Origin: a virus
Strand: one strand, 5' to 3'
IMG/VR virus record: IMGVR_UViG_3300009610_000010
Location: 1-61,760 of that record
Length of the DNA stretch: 61,760 bases
Part shown: positions 1-7,095 of the stretch, one piece after another
Numbering within the stretch: the first letter of the stretch is position 1
How the letters are laid out: every line of letters starts with the position of its first letter
Program-made: the position numbers and the translations under genes
The notes under the pieces: generated by a model
Database searches by the model: none
What the model saw: only the letters and a program-made list of their open reading frames with translations
What the model was told of the DNA's origin: nothing

Positions 1-123
1 CGCAGCCAGGGACGCAGCCAGGGACGCAGCCGGGGCCGCAGCCGGGGTCGCAGCCGTGGACGCAGCCTGGGACGCAGCCGGGGACGCAGCCGTGGCTGCC
101 ACCGCTGGCAGCCCCGGGGCCCG
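1..123. repeat. Direct terminal overlap: 1..123 is identical to 61638..61760, so the contig closes into a circle of 61,637 bp
   Basis: Base-by-base comparison of both ends. The overlap extends past the 12-nt tandem repeats into sequence unique in this orientation. Confidence 0.9.
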
Positions 124-343
124 GCGCCTGTTGGGCAGCCTGACCGAGGCCGCCGGGGCCGCAGCCGGGGCCGCAGCCAGGGACGCAGCGCTGATGGCGC
201 GGCTCATGGTCGTAGCCGATTTGCCGGTTGATCCGAAGCACTTCATCCACGCCGCCGCGCGCTGGCAGGTCTGGCAGAAGGGATGGGGCTTGGTTTGTGA
301 CGTGAATGGAGTCTTATATGTCTACGCGCCGGAGGAGAAGTAA
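2..343 (+). CDS. 3' part of the DAA-tetrapeptide-repeat protein that starts at 61075 and wraps the circular junction (stop 341..343)
   Basis: Frame of track ORF 56..343 is continuous with the open frame from ATG 61075 once the 61,637 offset is applied. TAATG overlap with the next gene. Confidence 0.7.
   Translation, partial: AARDAARDAAGAAAGVAAVDAAWDAAGDAAVAATAGSPGARRLLGSLTEAAGAAAGAAARDAALMARLMVVADLPVDPKHFIHAAARWQVWQKGWGLVCDVNGVLYVYAPEEK
91..156 (+). repeat. 66-bp perfect inverted repeat, copy A (partner 37802..37867)
   Basis: The reverse complement of 91..156 equals 37802..37867 exactly. It encodes VAATAGSPGARRLLGSLTEAAG here. Confidence 0.95.
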
Positions 344-597
344 TGGACGCCCGCGCGCTGGCCGAGCAGCGGATGGCGGAGAAGATGCACGAGCGATGGA
401 CAACGCTGCGGCATGACAGCCAGCACGCCTACACCATCCCTGAGTTGCTTGGCGAAATGTCCAAGCTCGCCGCCGAGGAGATTGCGAAGGCGGCCGAATA
501 CATGCACCCCAAGCCCTGGCCGGAGCACGAGGAGATGGAACGAATGTGGGCGCGGGTCTGCGCCGACGCGGAGAGCGCCAAGCCGGAGGGCGGGTAA
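343..597 (+). CDS. Hypothetical early protein (84 aa)
   Basis: ATG in a TAATG overlap with the upstream stop. Shares KLAAEEI-KA and C-terminal KPEGG motifs with neighbouring genes. Confidence 0.6.
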   Translation: MDARALAEQRMAEKMHERWTTLRHDSQHAYTIPELLGEMSKLAAEEIAKAAEYMHPKPWPEHEEMERMWARVCADAESAKPEGG

Positions 598-782
598 TGG
601 GAATAATCGGCAATCCCGACCTGTCCCCGGAAGGTGTGGCCATCGTGCGCGCGTGGCAGGAGTTTTTCAGCAGCGAGCAGGGCGCACCATGGCGGAAGAT
701 GTGGGGTGAAATGCCGTTTTGGATGCATGACGAAATGGCGCGCATTGCCGTGGAGACGATCAAGCCGGAGGGCGGGGAGTGA
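597..782 (+). CDS. Hypothetical early protein (61 aa)
   Basis: TAATG overlap start. Ends in KPEGGE, like the upstream gene. Confidence 0.55.
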   Translation: MGIIGNPDLSPEGVAIVRAWQEFFSSEQGAPWRKMWGEMPFWMHDEMARIAVETIKPEGGE

Positions 783-1081
783 GCGGTGGAGGCTGTTTCA
801 CTTTTGGTGGCGCCATTGTGTGCCGGCCACGGTTTGAGCGCGTTGAAGCCCGGATCATGGCGTGCCCAACCTGTAAGCGGCGGCGCCGGATGGTTGCCAA
901 GTTACAGGACTGGTACGGCTGGCTCGTCACCTGTACCGGGTGCGGTGACTCATGGAACGATGGCGAACGCTTAATGCGCCCGTGTTATCGCGCCTGGCGA
1001 AGGGACGTAGCAGCCAAGGCCATGACCGAATGGCGGAAGGCCGTCAAGCGCGCGATGGCGCGGGATAGGGGGGATGGGTGA
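779..1081 (+). CDS. Hypothetical Cys-rich (CxxC...CxxC) zinc-ribbon-like protein
   Basis: GTGA overlap start. CPTCKRR...CTGCGD motifs. An internal ATG at 857 is an alternative start. Confidence 0.55.
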   Translation: MSGGGCFTFGGAIVCRPRFERVEARIMACPTCKRRRRMVAKLQDWYGWLVTCTGCGDSWNDGERLMRPCYRAWRRDVAAKAMTEWRKAVKRAMARDRGDG

Positions 1082-1377
1082 CGCGCGAAGAGTGGATCGC
1101 ACTGTGGGACAAAGTGGCCGGTGACTACCAGGACAGCGACCCCTACGAGGGTAACCTACTCTGCGCGCTTGCGCTCGCATGGTTTGCCGCCCGCGGGGAG
1201 AAGGCTCGACCGGCAGATGATTGGGACGATGCAATCGAACGTAACGGCGCCTTGATCCCGCGGCTTCCTGTCAATGATGAACAGGATCCGGTGCTGCTCG
1301 TGATCGACGCTCACGGCCATACGCTGGACAGCGTGCGGCAGAGCCGATGCAAGATGAGCGGAGCGCAGTGCCAATGA
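1078..1377 (+). CDS. Hypothetical early protein (99 aa)
   Basis: GTGA overlap start; part of the operon chain. Confidence 0.55.
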   Translation: MTREEWIALWDKVAGDYQDSDPYEGNLLCALALAWFAARGEKARPADDWDDAIERNGALIPRLPVNDEQDPVLLVIDAHGHTLDSVRQSRCKMSGAQCQ

Positions 1378-1613
1378 CCGCCGACCCACGCGCCGCAGCG
1401 GTTATGTGGCTTAAAGAGCAGTTTTTAGACGCCGGCCTGGATAGGCATTACGCGGGTTATGGCGAAGGTGGCGACATCGACAAGTGCGCCCGCATCGCCG
1501 CCGACTTCGCGGAGCGGTTGCTACAGGCCTATGCCGACCAAGCTGGCAGCCGGTTCGACGAAGGCACGGTTATAGCGCGCGCCTGGGCCGAGGCGACGAA
1601 GGAGGATCCATGA
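1374..1613 (+). CDS. Hypothetical early protein (79 aa) carrying the ARIAADFAERL motif
   Basis: ATGA overlap start. The motif is repeated in 2306..2629. Confidence 0.6.
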   Translation: MTADPRAAAVMWLKEQFLDAGLDRHYAGYGEGGDIDKCARIAADFAERLLQAYADQAGSRFDEGTVIARAWAEATKEDP

Positions 1614-1870
1614 CCGACCCCAAGCGGCTGGCGGCGGAGCAGCTTGATCCGCGAGAGTCCGGCACTAAATGCCAAAATTGCCGCAAACGCTACCGCGCGG
1701 ACTGGAATATTCCTGATCCGCTCTGGAAGATCGTCAGCCACGGTGGTGGACTACCGCTACTCGGCGTGCCGGGTGACAACTTGCTCTGCGGAGTGTGCAT
1801 CGTCAAGCGGATCGAATACTGGCTCGAAAGAACGGAGAGGTTCGCCGCCTACGAGGTGCAAGAGCTATGA
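1610..1870 (+). CDS. Hypothetical Cys-containing protein (86 aa)
   Basis: ATGA overlap start; CQNC...CGVC pairs. Confidence 0.6.
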   Translation: MTDPKRLAAEQLDPRESGTKCQNCRKRYRADWNIPDPLWKIVSHGGGLPLLGVPGDNLLCGVCIVKRIEYWLERTERFAAYEVQEL

Positions 1871-2136
1871 GCGATCAAGCTAGAGCACAGGCTGAGGAGC
1901 GGTTGGCGACAGCCATACTTAAGGCTGTCTATGGCAAATGGCATGTGATTGCACATCCTAGCGGCATCGAGGCCTCGCGTAAGGCAGCCAAGCTCGCCGC
2001 CGAGGAGATTGTGAAGGCGGTGCGGTACCGGGACGCACAGTGGCAGGGGCAGTATCAATACGCCACGCCTTTGGTGGCGCCGCCACCCTGGCACCTGGTC
2101 TGCGCCGAAGTGGATGCAGCGGAGGAGGGGAAGTGA
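1867..2136 (+). CDS. Hypothetical early protein (89 aa)
   Basis: ATGA overlap start. KLAAEEIVKA motif shared with 343..597. Confidence 0.6.
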   Translation: MSDQARAQAEERLATAILKAVYGKWHVIAHPSGIEASRKAAKLAAEEIVKAVRYRDAQWQGQYQYATPLVAPPPWHLVCAEVDAAEEGK

Positions 2137-2309
2137 TGACATACCGAGAAGCATTGATGGCTGCATTGCGCGCTGTTTGGCACCATAGCGGGGCTGACGT
2201 TGTTCGGTTCGAGGGCGAGGATGCCGTGTACGAAGATCCCACGGATGAATTGCTATTGGGCATGGTGCCGGCCGAGGCCCTCAGTATATTGCTGCGTGAG
2301 GAGCCATGA
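2136..2309 (+). CDS. Hypothetical early protein (57 aa)
   Basis: ATG overlaps the upstream TGA by 1 nt (TGATG). Confidence 0.5.
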   Translation: MTYREALMAALRAVWHHSGADVVRFEGEDAVYEDPTDELLLGMVPAEALSILLREEP

Positions 2310-2629
2310 CCACCAACCCCGCGCGGCAGAAGGCGGAAAACTACCTTGCCAGGGAAATGGTGCGCGCTAAGACATGGGTAGAGCGCGCCCGCATCGCCGC
2401 AGACTTTGCGGAGCGGCTGGCGATGGCCGATCGCGCCATCCTGCGTGAAGCCGTGGACAACACCGGCAAGGACAAGGCATTCCTGCGCGCCGTTAAGCAG
2501 CTCTCAGTTGCCGACTACCATGCCCGCGTTCCGCTTCCCTGGGCCGAGGCGATGCAAGAGGGCGCCATTGATGAGGCTGAGCGCAAGCTGCACGCCGAGG
2601 TGCGCGCCTACCTGGCTGGCGAGCCGTGA
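2306..2629 (+). CDS. Hypothetical early protein (107 aa) carrying the ARIAADFAERL motif
   Basis: ATGA overlap start; paralogous motif with 1374..1613. Confidence 0.6.
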   Translation: MTTNPARQKAENYLAREMVRAKTWVERARIAADFAERLAMADRAILREAVDNTGKDKAFLRAVKQLSVADYHARVPLPWAEAMQEGAIDEAERKLHAEVRAYLAGEP

Positions 2630-3165
2630 AGCTGATCCTGGGTGTGGACCCCGGCATGAGCGGTGCCGTGGTGATGCTGCGCGACGGTGAGATGCAACCC
2701 TGGTTGCTGCACCAGGACTACATCATGACCGCCGGCAAGGCCAAAACCTACGACGCCGCTGCCATGGCTGCGGCACTGCGAGCCAGGCCGTGGTCGTACC
2801 GTCGAGTGGACCAGCCGATGATCGTGCTCGAAGATGTGCAGGGCCGCGCGGGGTGGAGCGCCAGCACCGCCGTGAGCCTAGCCAAGTGCCACGGCATGTA
2901 CGTGGGCTGGGCCAGCGCCTGGGGCTGGGAGCTGGTTGTGGTGCAGGCCAGCACCTGGCACCGCGCGCTGCGGCTGGGCAAGCCATCGGGCAAGGTCACG
3001 GCCAAGCAGCTGGCCCTGCAGTACGTGAGCCAGCGGTTGCCGGGTTTCGACCCGCGCATGGCGGGTCGCTTTAAGAAGCCGCACGATGGCCTGGTAGATG
3101 CCGCCTGCCTGGCCGCCTACGGCGCGGCTGCCGTGCTGATCGAGGACTCTCTGCTTTCGCGATGA
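2626..3165 (+). CDS. ruvC: RuvC-like Holliday-junction resolvase
   Basis: N-terminal KLILGVDPGMSGA (RuvC catalytic Asp motif), C-terminal GLVDAACLAAYG; ~180 aa; GTGA overlap start. Confidence 0.7.
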   Translation: MKLILGVDPGMSGAVVMLRDGEMQPWLLHQDYIMTAGKAKTYDAAAMAAALRARPWSYRRVDQPMIVLEDVQGRAGWSASTAVSLAKCHGMYVGWASAWGWELVVVQASTWHRALRLGKPSGKVTAKQLALQYVSQRLPGFDPRMAGRFKKPHDGLVDAACLAAYGAAAVLIEDSLLSR

Positions 3166-3386
3166 ACAACCTGTCACGCCAGCGCCGATGGCAACTCGAC
3201 AAGCAGCGCGCCGGCCTGTGCACGCTGTGCGGCCACGGCCGCCTGACGCACTACGCGGCGCGCTGTGACCGATGCACCATTGAGCAACGAGTGGAGCGCC
3301 GCAAACGCTTGGGCACACGCACCATGCATGCGTGCATAGTCAATGACAATGGCCGTCCCGGCGGCCGAAAGCCCCCAACCACATGA
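3162..3386 (+). CDS. Hypothetical Cys-rich protein (74 aa)
   Basis: ATGA overlap start; CTLCGH...CDRC. Confidence 0.55.
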   Translation: MNNLSRQRRWQLDKQRAGLCTLCGHGRLTHYAARCDRCTIEQRVERRKRLGTRTMHACIVNDNGRPGGRKPPTT

Positions 3387-3817
3387 ATCGCTTTTTCGAC
3401 ACCACCCCGCGTGACCGCTACGTGGCGCACTGCGAGCGCTGCCACCTGCGCATGATGCTCGACGGCAAGGACCCCAGCAAGGCCATCGAAGCATTTGACC
3501 ACTCGTTCTGCCTGGGGGCGGGCAACTTCACCGTGCAACGCGTCATGTGGCGCAAAAAGGTGCGCGCCAAGGACACCTGCCGCATGGCCGAGCGCATCTA
3601 CAGCCCGCGGCTGCCCGACCCCAGGCCAGGCGAGTGCAGCTGGATGTGCCGCGGCAGCCTGTCGCCCATTTGCGTGTGCGATGGCTGCCAGGGGGCCCAA
3701 CATGGCGCCGTGCAGGTCATCGACCCGCTGGCCCCACCTGCGAACATCACCGCGCTGGCCGAGCGCATTCAGCGGGCACGGCCCCGCGGTGACTGGCCCG
3801 GGAGGAAGAGCACATGA
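3383..3817 (+). CDS. Hypothetical Cys-rich protein (144 aa)
   Basis: ATGA overlap start. Confidence 0.55.
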   Translation: MNRFFDTTPRDRYVAHCERCHLRMMLDGKDPSKAIEAFDHSFCLGAGNFTVQRVMWRKKVRAKDTCRMAERIYSPRLPDPRPGECSWMCRGSLSPICVCDGCQGAQHGAVQVIDPLAPPANITALAERIQRARPRGDWPGRKST

Positions 3818-4272
3818 CCAGTGAACACAACTGGCGCGCTGAGCGTGACCTGGCGCTATGCCGCGCGGTGGAGGAGGTTGTCTATTCGATGTATGACCCG
3901 CATCCGGAAGGACCGGGCGGTGGATTGTCCGTTGACAGGCTGCGCAGCATCATCGCCAAGGTCGATGCTTCGCTCGGGCAGGACTCGCCGAGCCCTGCCG
4001 GCGCTACGGGTGCTAGCGCCGCACCGAAGCCAGACGTGGCTGCACCCACCTCCTTGTCGGCGCAAGCGGAAGAGTTAGGCGGCATCATCGGTCAGGTCGT
4101 ATGGCAGGCCAAGCGCGCCGAGCAGCAGCGCGCGGTGGACATCATCAAGGCCCTCCGAGGATTCTGCTGGTGTGAGCATGGGGTCGGCAATCCGATGGTG
4201 CACGGCCACTCACGCGCCTGCCTGGCCGCTGGTGCCTACATCGCCGAGTTCCACGAGTTGGCCAAAAAATGA
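3814..4272 (+). CDS. Hypothetical protein (152 aa)
   Basis: ATGA overlap start. Confidence 0.55.
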   Translation: MTSEHNWRAERDLALCRAVEEVVYSMYDPHPEGPGGGLSVDRLRSIIAKVDASLGQDSPSPAGATGASAAPKPDVAAPTSLSAQAEELGGIIGQVVWQAKRAEQQRAVDIIKALRGFCWCEHGVGNPMVHGHSRACLAAGAYIAEFHELAKK

Positions 4273-4583
4273 CGCAGCGAACTGACAGCCAGCTCGACCT
4301 GCTCACGCCCGACTTTGACGGGCGCACCTATGCGCGCCCGCTCGATCATGCCCGCCTGAGCACATCGCTCGCCCGTGTGTACAGCGCCCTTTCCAGCGGC
4401 CTCCCCTGGACGCTGCCCGACCTGGCGGCCGTGGTCGGATGCTCTGAGGCTGGGGCATCGGCCAGGATTCGCGACTTGCGCAAACTCAAGTTCAAGCGGC
4501 TGTATCCCAACGGCGGCATTGTCTCCTCGCGATTGGCCGGCGGCCTGTGGACGTATCGGATGGTGCCGCCACTCGCGCCCTGA
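4269..4583 (+). CDS. Hypothetical protein, possible winged-helix DNA binder (104 aa)
   Basis: ATGA overlap start. The LPDLAAVVGCSEAGASARIRDLRK segment looks HTH-like. Last gene of the rightward operon. Confidence 0.5.
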   Translation: MTQRTDSQLDLLTPDFDGRTYARPLDHARLSTSLARVYSALSSGLPWTLPDLAAVVGCSEAGASARIRDLRKLKFKRLYPNGGIVSSRLAGGLWTYRMVPPLAP

Positions 4584-4636
4584 GCCGTCGCCACGCGCGC
4601 TGCTCATCGGACGCGGGCAGTGCGTGCAGGCGCAGC

Positions 4637-4675
4637 AAGGCCCCCGGAGTGCCCCCCGGGGGCCTTTGCTTTTGC
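4637..4675. terminator. Rho-independent terminator between convergent operons
   Basis: Hairpin aaggcccccgg-N-ccgggggcctt followed by tgcttttgc. Sits between the end of the + operon and the end of the - operon. Confidence 0.7.
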
Positions 4676-4747
4676 TGGGTGCGGGAGCCAGAGTCGAACT
4701 GGCCGCGCCTGGGTTATGGGCCCGGGCCACCCCCACGGGTTCCCGCA
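4676..4747 (-). tRNA. tRNA-like element, anticodon CAU, with a truncated D-arm (possible pseudo-tRNA or unusual tRNA)
   Basis: Perfect 7-bp acceptor stem (UGCGGGA/UCCCGCA) with encoded CCA; T-arm GCCAG-UUCGACU-CUGGC; anticodon loop CCCAUAA on a stem with three G-C pairs and one C-A mismatch. Only ~15 nt where the D-arm should be. Confidence 0.4.
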
Positions 4748-4757
4748 GCAGTGCAGT

Positions 4758-5318
4758 TTACCAGTACAGGCCCACCGCCACCCCCAGCTCGCCGTTCCAT
4801 GGGTACACCGCATCGTCGTCGTCCACCCACGTGTCGCGCACCGTGTAGCGCAGCCCGGCGTACAGCGGGTCCACGTCGAACTCGAAGCCCGCTTCCACCC
4901 CCAGCGCCAGCTTGTCCGGGCCCGTGGGCACGGCCAGCACCACCGCCGCGTGGATGTACGTGGGCACCGACCCGAGGTTGCCCAGGCCGCCCTGGTACAG
5001 CCCCAGCTTGGCGAACGCCGTACCGTCCCACGGCACCACCTCCCGCTCGGCCAGGATGTCGTGCAGCGTGTACCCCAGGCCGAGCCACAGCGGATCGGTG
5101 GCCAGCTCGACCCCGGCGGTCACGCCGTTGGTCCATGCGGCATGGTCGCCCGACGTGCGATCCGAGTTGAACTCGATGTACGGATGCGTGGCCACGCCCC
5201 ACAGCTCACGCTGCGGGCGCCCGCGCTCGTCTACCTCGTCGGCCTTGTGGTCGGCCTGGGCCACGCGGGGCCCCATGAGCACCGCCAGTAGAGTGGCGGC
5301 CATGATCCAGCTTCGCAT
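4758..5318 (-). CDS. Small outer-membrane beta-barrel protein (Lom/Ail/OmpW-like moron)
   Basis: Signal peptide MRSWIMAATLLAVLMGPRVAQA; alternating beta-strand pattern; C-terminal ...VAVGLYW aromatic end; strong SD GGGAGG; flanked by terminators. Confidence 0.6.
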   Translation of the reverse strand: MRSWIMAATLLAVLMGPRVAQADHKADEVDERGRPQRELWGVATHPYIEFNSDRTSGDHAAWTNGVTAGVELATDPLWLGLGYTLHDILAEREVVPWDGTAFAKLGLYQGGLGNLGSVPTYIHAAVVLAVPTGPDKLALGVEAGFEFDVDPLYAGLRYTVRDTWVDDDDAVYPWNGELGVAVGLYW

Positions 5319-5333
5319 CGTTACCTCCCATCT

Positions 5334-5367
5334 GTGAAAAAATGGCGCCGCCCGTATTTAGCGGGCG
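5334..5367 (-). terminator. Rho-independent terminator overlapping the stop of the membrane-protein gene
   Basis: On the - strand: CGCCCG-ctaaata-CGGGCG followed by ATTTTTTCA. Confidence 0.5.
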
Positions 5368-5867
5368 CGCAACGAGCCCTCGCGAGCACGACCGAACCAG
5401 CGCGTGAGCGTGGCACCGACAAAGGCCAGGATTTGCGCCACGATGAAACTGCGCATGCCGGGGAAAATCGTGTCGCTCGTGGCCTGCAGGTCGGGCACCG
5501 GAATGGGCACCCCCGCGCCCAGGCTGTCCACCTGGGCCCATGCGGCCCGTGCCGCCAGGGCCAGCCCCACTACCGCCCCCATGATGAGCACGCTGCGCAC
5601 CGCCACGGCGCTGGGGCGCAGCGGGGGCTTCACCAGGTTGCTCATGGCCCAGCCGCTGGTCAGCGCTGCATACACCAGCGCCAGCTGCAGGTTGAAGGCA
5701 TCCCAGTCGAGCGGCGTGATAAGAACCACCGCCAGCACGATGCCAAACGCCACCCCCCACAGCAGCACCGGGCGCAGGCGCTCGGGCACCCACCGATTGA
5801 TGAACTCCTGCACCGGGCTGCCCAAGCCAAACAGCAGGAACACCCAGCCGGGAATGTACTCATTCAT
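5358..5867 (-). CDS. Multi-pass membrane protein (169 aa), function unknown
   Basis: Several hydrophobic helices. ATGA overlap with the upstream methyltransferase gene. Confidence 0.6.
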   Translation of the reverse strand: MNEYIPGWVFLLFGLGSPVQEFINRWVPERLRPVLLWGVAFGIVLAVVLITPLDWDAFNLQLALVYAALTSGWAMSNLVKPPLRPSAVAVRSVLIMGAVVGLALAARAAWAQVDSLGAGVPIPVPDLQATSDTIFPGMRSFIVAQILAFVGATLTRWFGRAREGSLRAR

Positions 5868-6502
5868 ATGACCTCCACACGGGGCCTCCGAAACAGAATC
5901 GCATTGCCCCATTGCTGGTGCAACTCGTAGCCGGCACCCTCCTGCGCCCACGCGCTCTGCACCCCAGGGCCAAACTGTGGCCACCAGTCGTCGAGCAACA
6001 ACCACGTGGGCTGCAACGCCCGCGCCAGGCGCAGGTCACTAGCCACCGTGTCGTGATCGTGACCACCGTCGATGAACATGAGGTCGGGCCCGGCGCCCAG
6101 GGCCATCGCAACGGCCGTCGCCGACAACTGGCGCGAGTCGGTGTTGATGAAAAAGAACCGCCCCGGGTGCCGCCGCTGCACCACCGTGACACCAGCCAAG
6201 GCCGATGGATTGGCTGTCCAATCGACCGACACCACCCGGCGAATGCCCGGCGCCAGCCCCAACAACATGCTGGCACTGCACCCCGCGCCGAAGCCGATTT
6301 CAACAACGTGCTCGGGCTGGGCCATGGCCAGCACCGCCTTGAAAAAGAACAGGCTGTGCGCCTCGCTGCCATACATGGCATCGCGCGGCAGGCCGTAGGT
6401 CAGCTGGGCATACTCCTCGGCATCGGCGACCGAGTGCCGGCGGTACTCAGCCACCTGCTCGTCGGTGGCCGTGGGCTGGCTGTCGTAGTCTCGCGCGCTC
6501 AT
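5864..6502 (-). CDS. Class I SAM-dependent methyltransferase
   Basis: Motif I VVEIGFGAGCS; MFIDGGHDHD (CmcI/O-MT-like); ATGA overlap with the upstream gene. Confidence 0.65.
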   Translation of the reverse strand: MSARDYDSQPTATDEQVAEYRRHSVADAEEYAQLTYGLPRDAMYGSEAHSLFFFKAVLAMAQPEHVVEIGFGAGCSASMLLGLAPGIRRVVSVDWTANPSALAGVTVVQRRHPGRFFFINTDSRQLSATAVAMALGAGPDLMFIDGGHDHDTVASDLRLARALQPTWLLLDDWWPQFGPGVQSAWAQEGAGYELHQQWGNAILFRRPRVEVI

Positions 6503-7095
6503 GGGTGCTGCAGCACCATGCCCGAGTGCACCGGGTCCACCGTGGCCCGCACCGGCTGGGGATGGCACGTGGCCAGGAACTCGGCCGTGGCCTCGGTGGC
6601 CCCCCGGCACCCGGGACTGCCGGGGTCGTCCAGCACCAACACCCCACCTGGTGAAAGCAGCCCCCAAAACCTGGGGAGCGCCAGCCAGTACGATCGGTAG
6701 GTATCGGCGTCGATGTGCACCGCGGCCAGCGGCACGGCCGGCACCATGGCCGGGTCGAACTCGCCCACGTGATACACCACGGCGTGGCCCACCAGCAGCG
6801 CCTGCACGGCCTCCAGGCTGGTGTCGCCAAAGTCGCCCGCCTGGTGGGCGTCGATGGACTCAACGGCGCTCGCCGGGATGCCCGCAAACGTGTCGTACAG
6901 GTGCAGCGTGCGGCCCTGCGCCAGGGCCAGGTGCGCCAGCAGGCGGGCCGAGCCGCCCCGCCACACCCCAAACTCGGCCAAGTCGCCCGGCACCGCCACC
7001 AGGGCCTGCACCTCGTCCCACAGGCGCTGCAGCTTGGGCCAGGGCGATGCCGCCACCACCGGGCTGGCGGCCAGCACCTCGTCAAACGTCGCCAC
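6499..7095 (-). CDS. TylF/MycF-like sugar O-methyltransferase
   Basis: LAEFGVWRGGSARLL motif and HIDADTYRS, typical of the macrocin-O-methyltransferase family. GTG start. Confidence 0.6.
   Translation of the reverse strand: MATFDEVLAASPVVAASPWPKLQRLWDEVQALVAVPGDLAEFGVWRGGSARLLAHLALAQGRTLHLYDTFAGIPASAVESIDAHQAGDFGDTSLEAVQALLVGHAVVYHVGEFDPAMVPAVPLAAVHIDADTYRSYWLALPRFWGLLSPGGVLVLDDPGSPGCRGATEATAEFLATCHPQPVRATVDPVHSGMVLQHP

Noticed and set aside
4676-4747. The tRNA-like elements considered as attP sites of a temperate phage.
   Set aside because: I could not recognise a tyrosine or serine recombinase, an excisionase or a CI-like repressor anywhere. This is kept only as a remote possibility in the finding.
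4547-5337. Several 140-220-aa plus-strand ORFs (4547..5170, 4620..5291, 4912..5337).
   Set aside because: They are antisense to the OMP gene, which has a signal peptide, a strong RBS and a beta-barrel pattern. Their products are Pro/Arg/Ala-rich and low-complexity.
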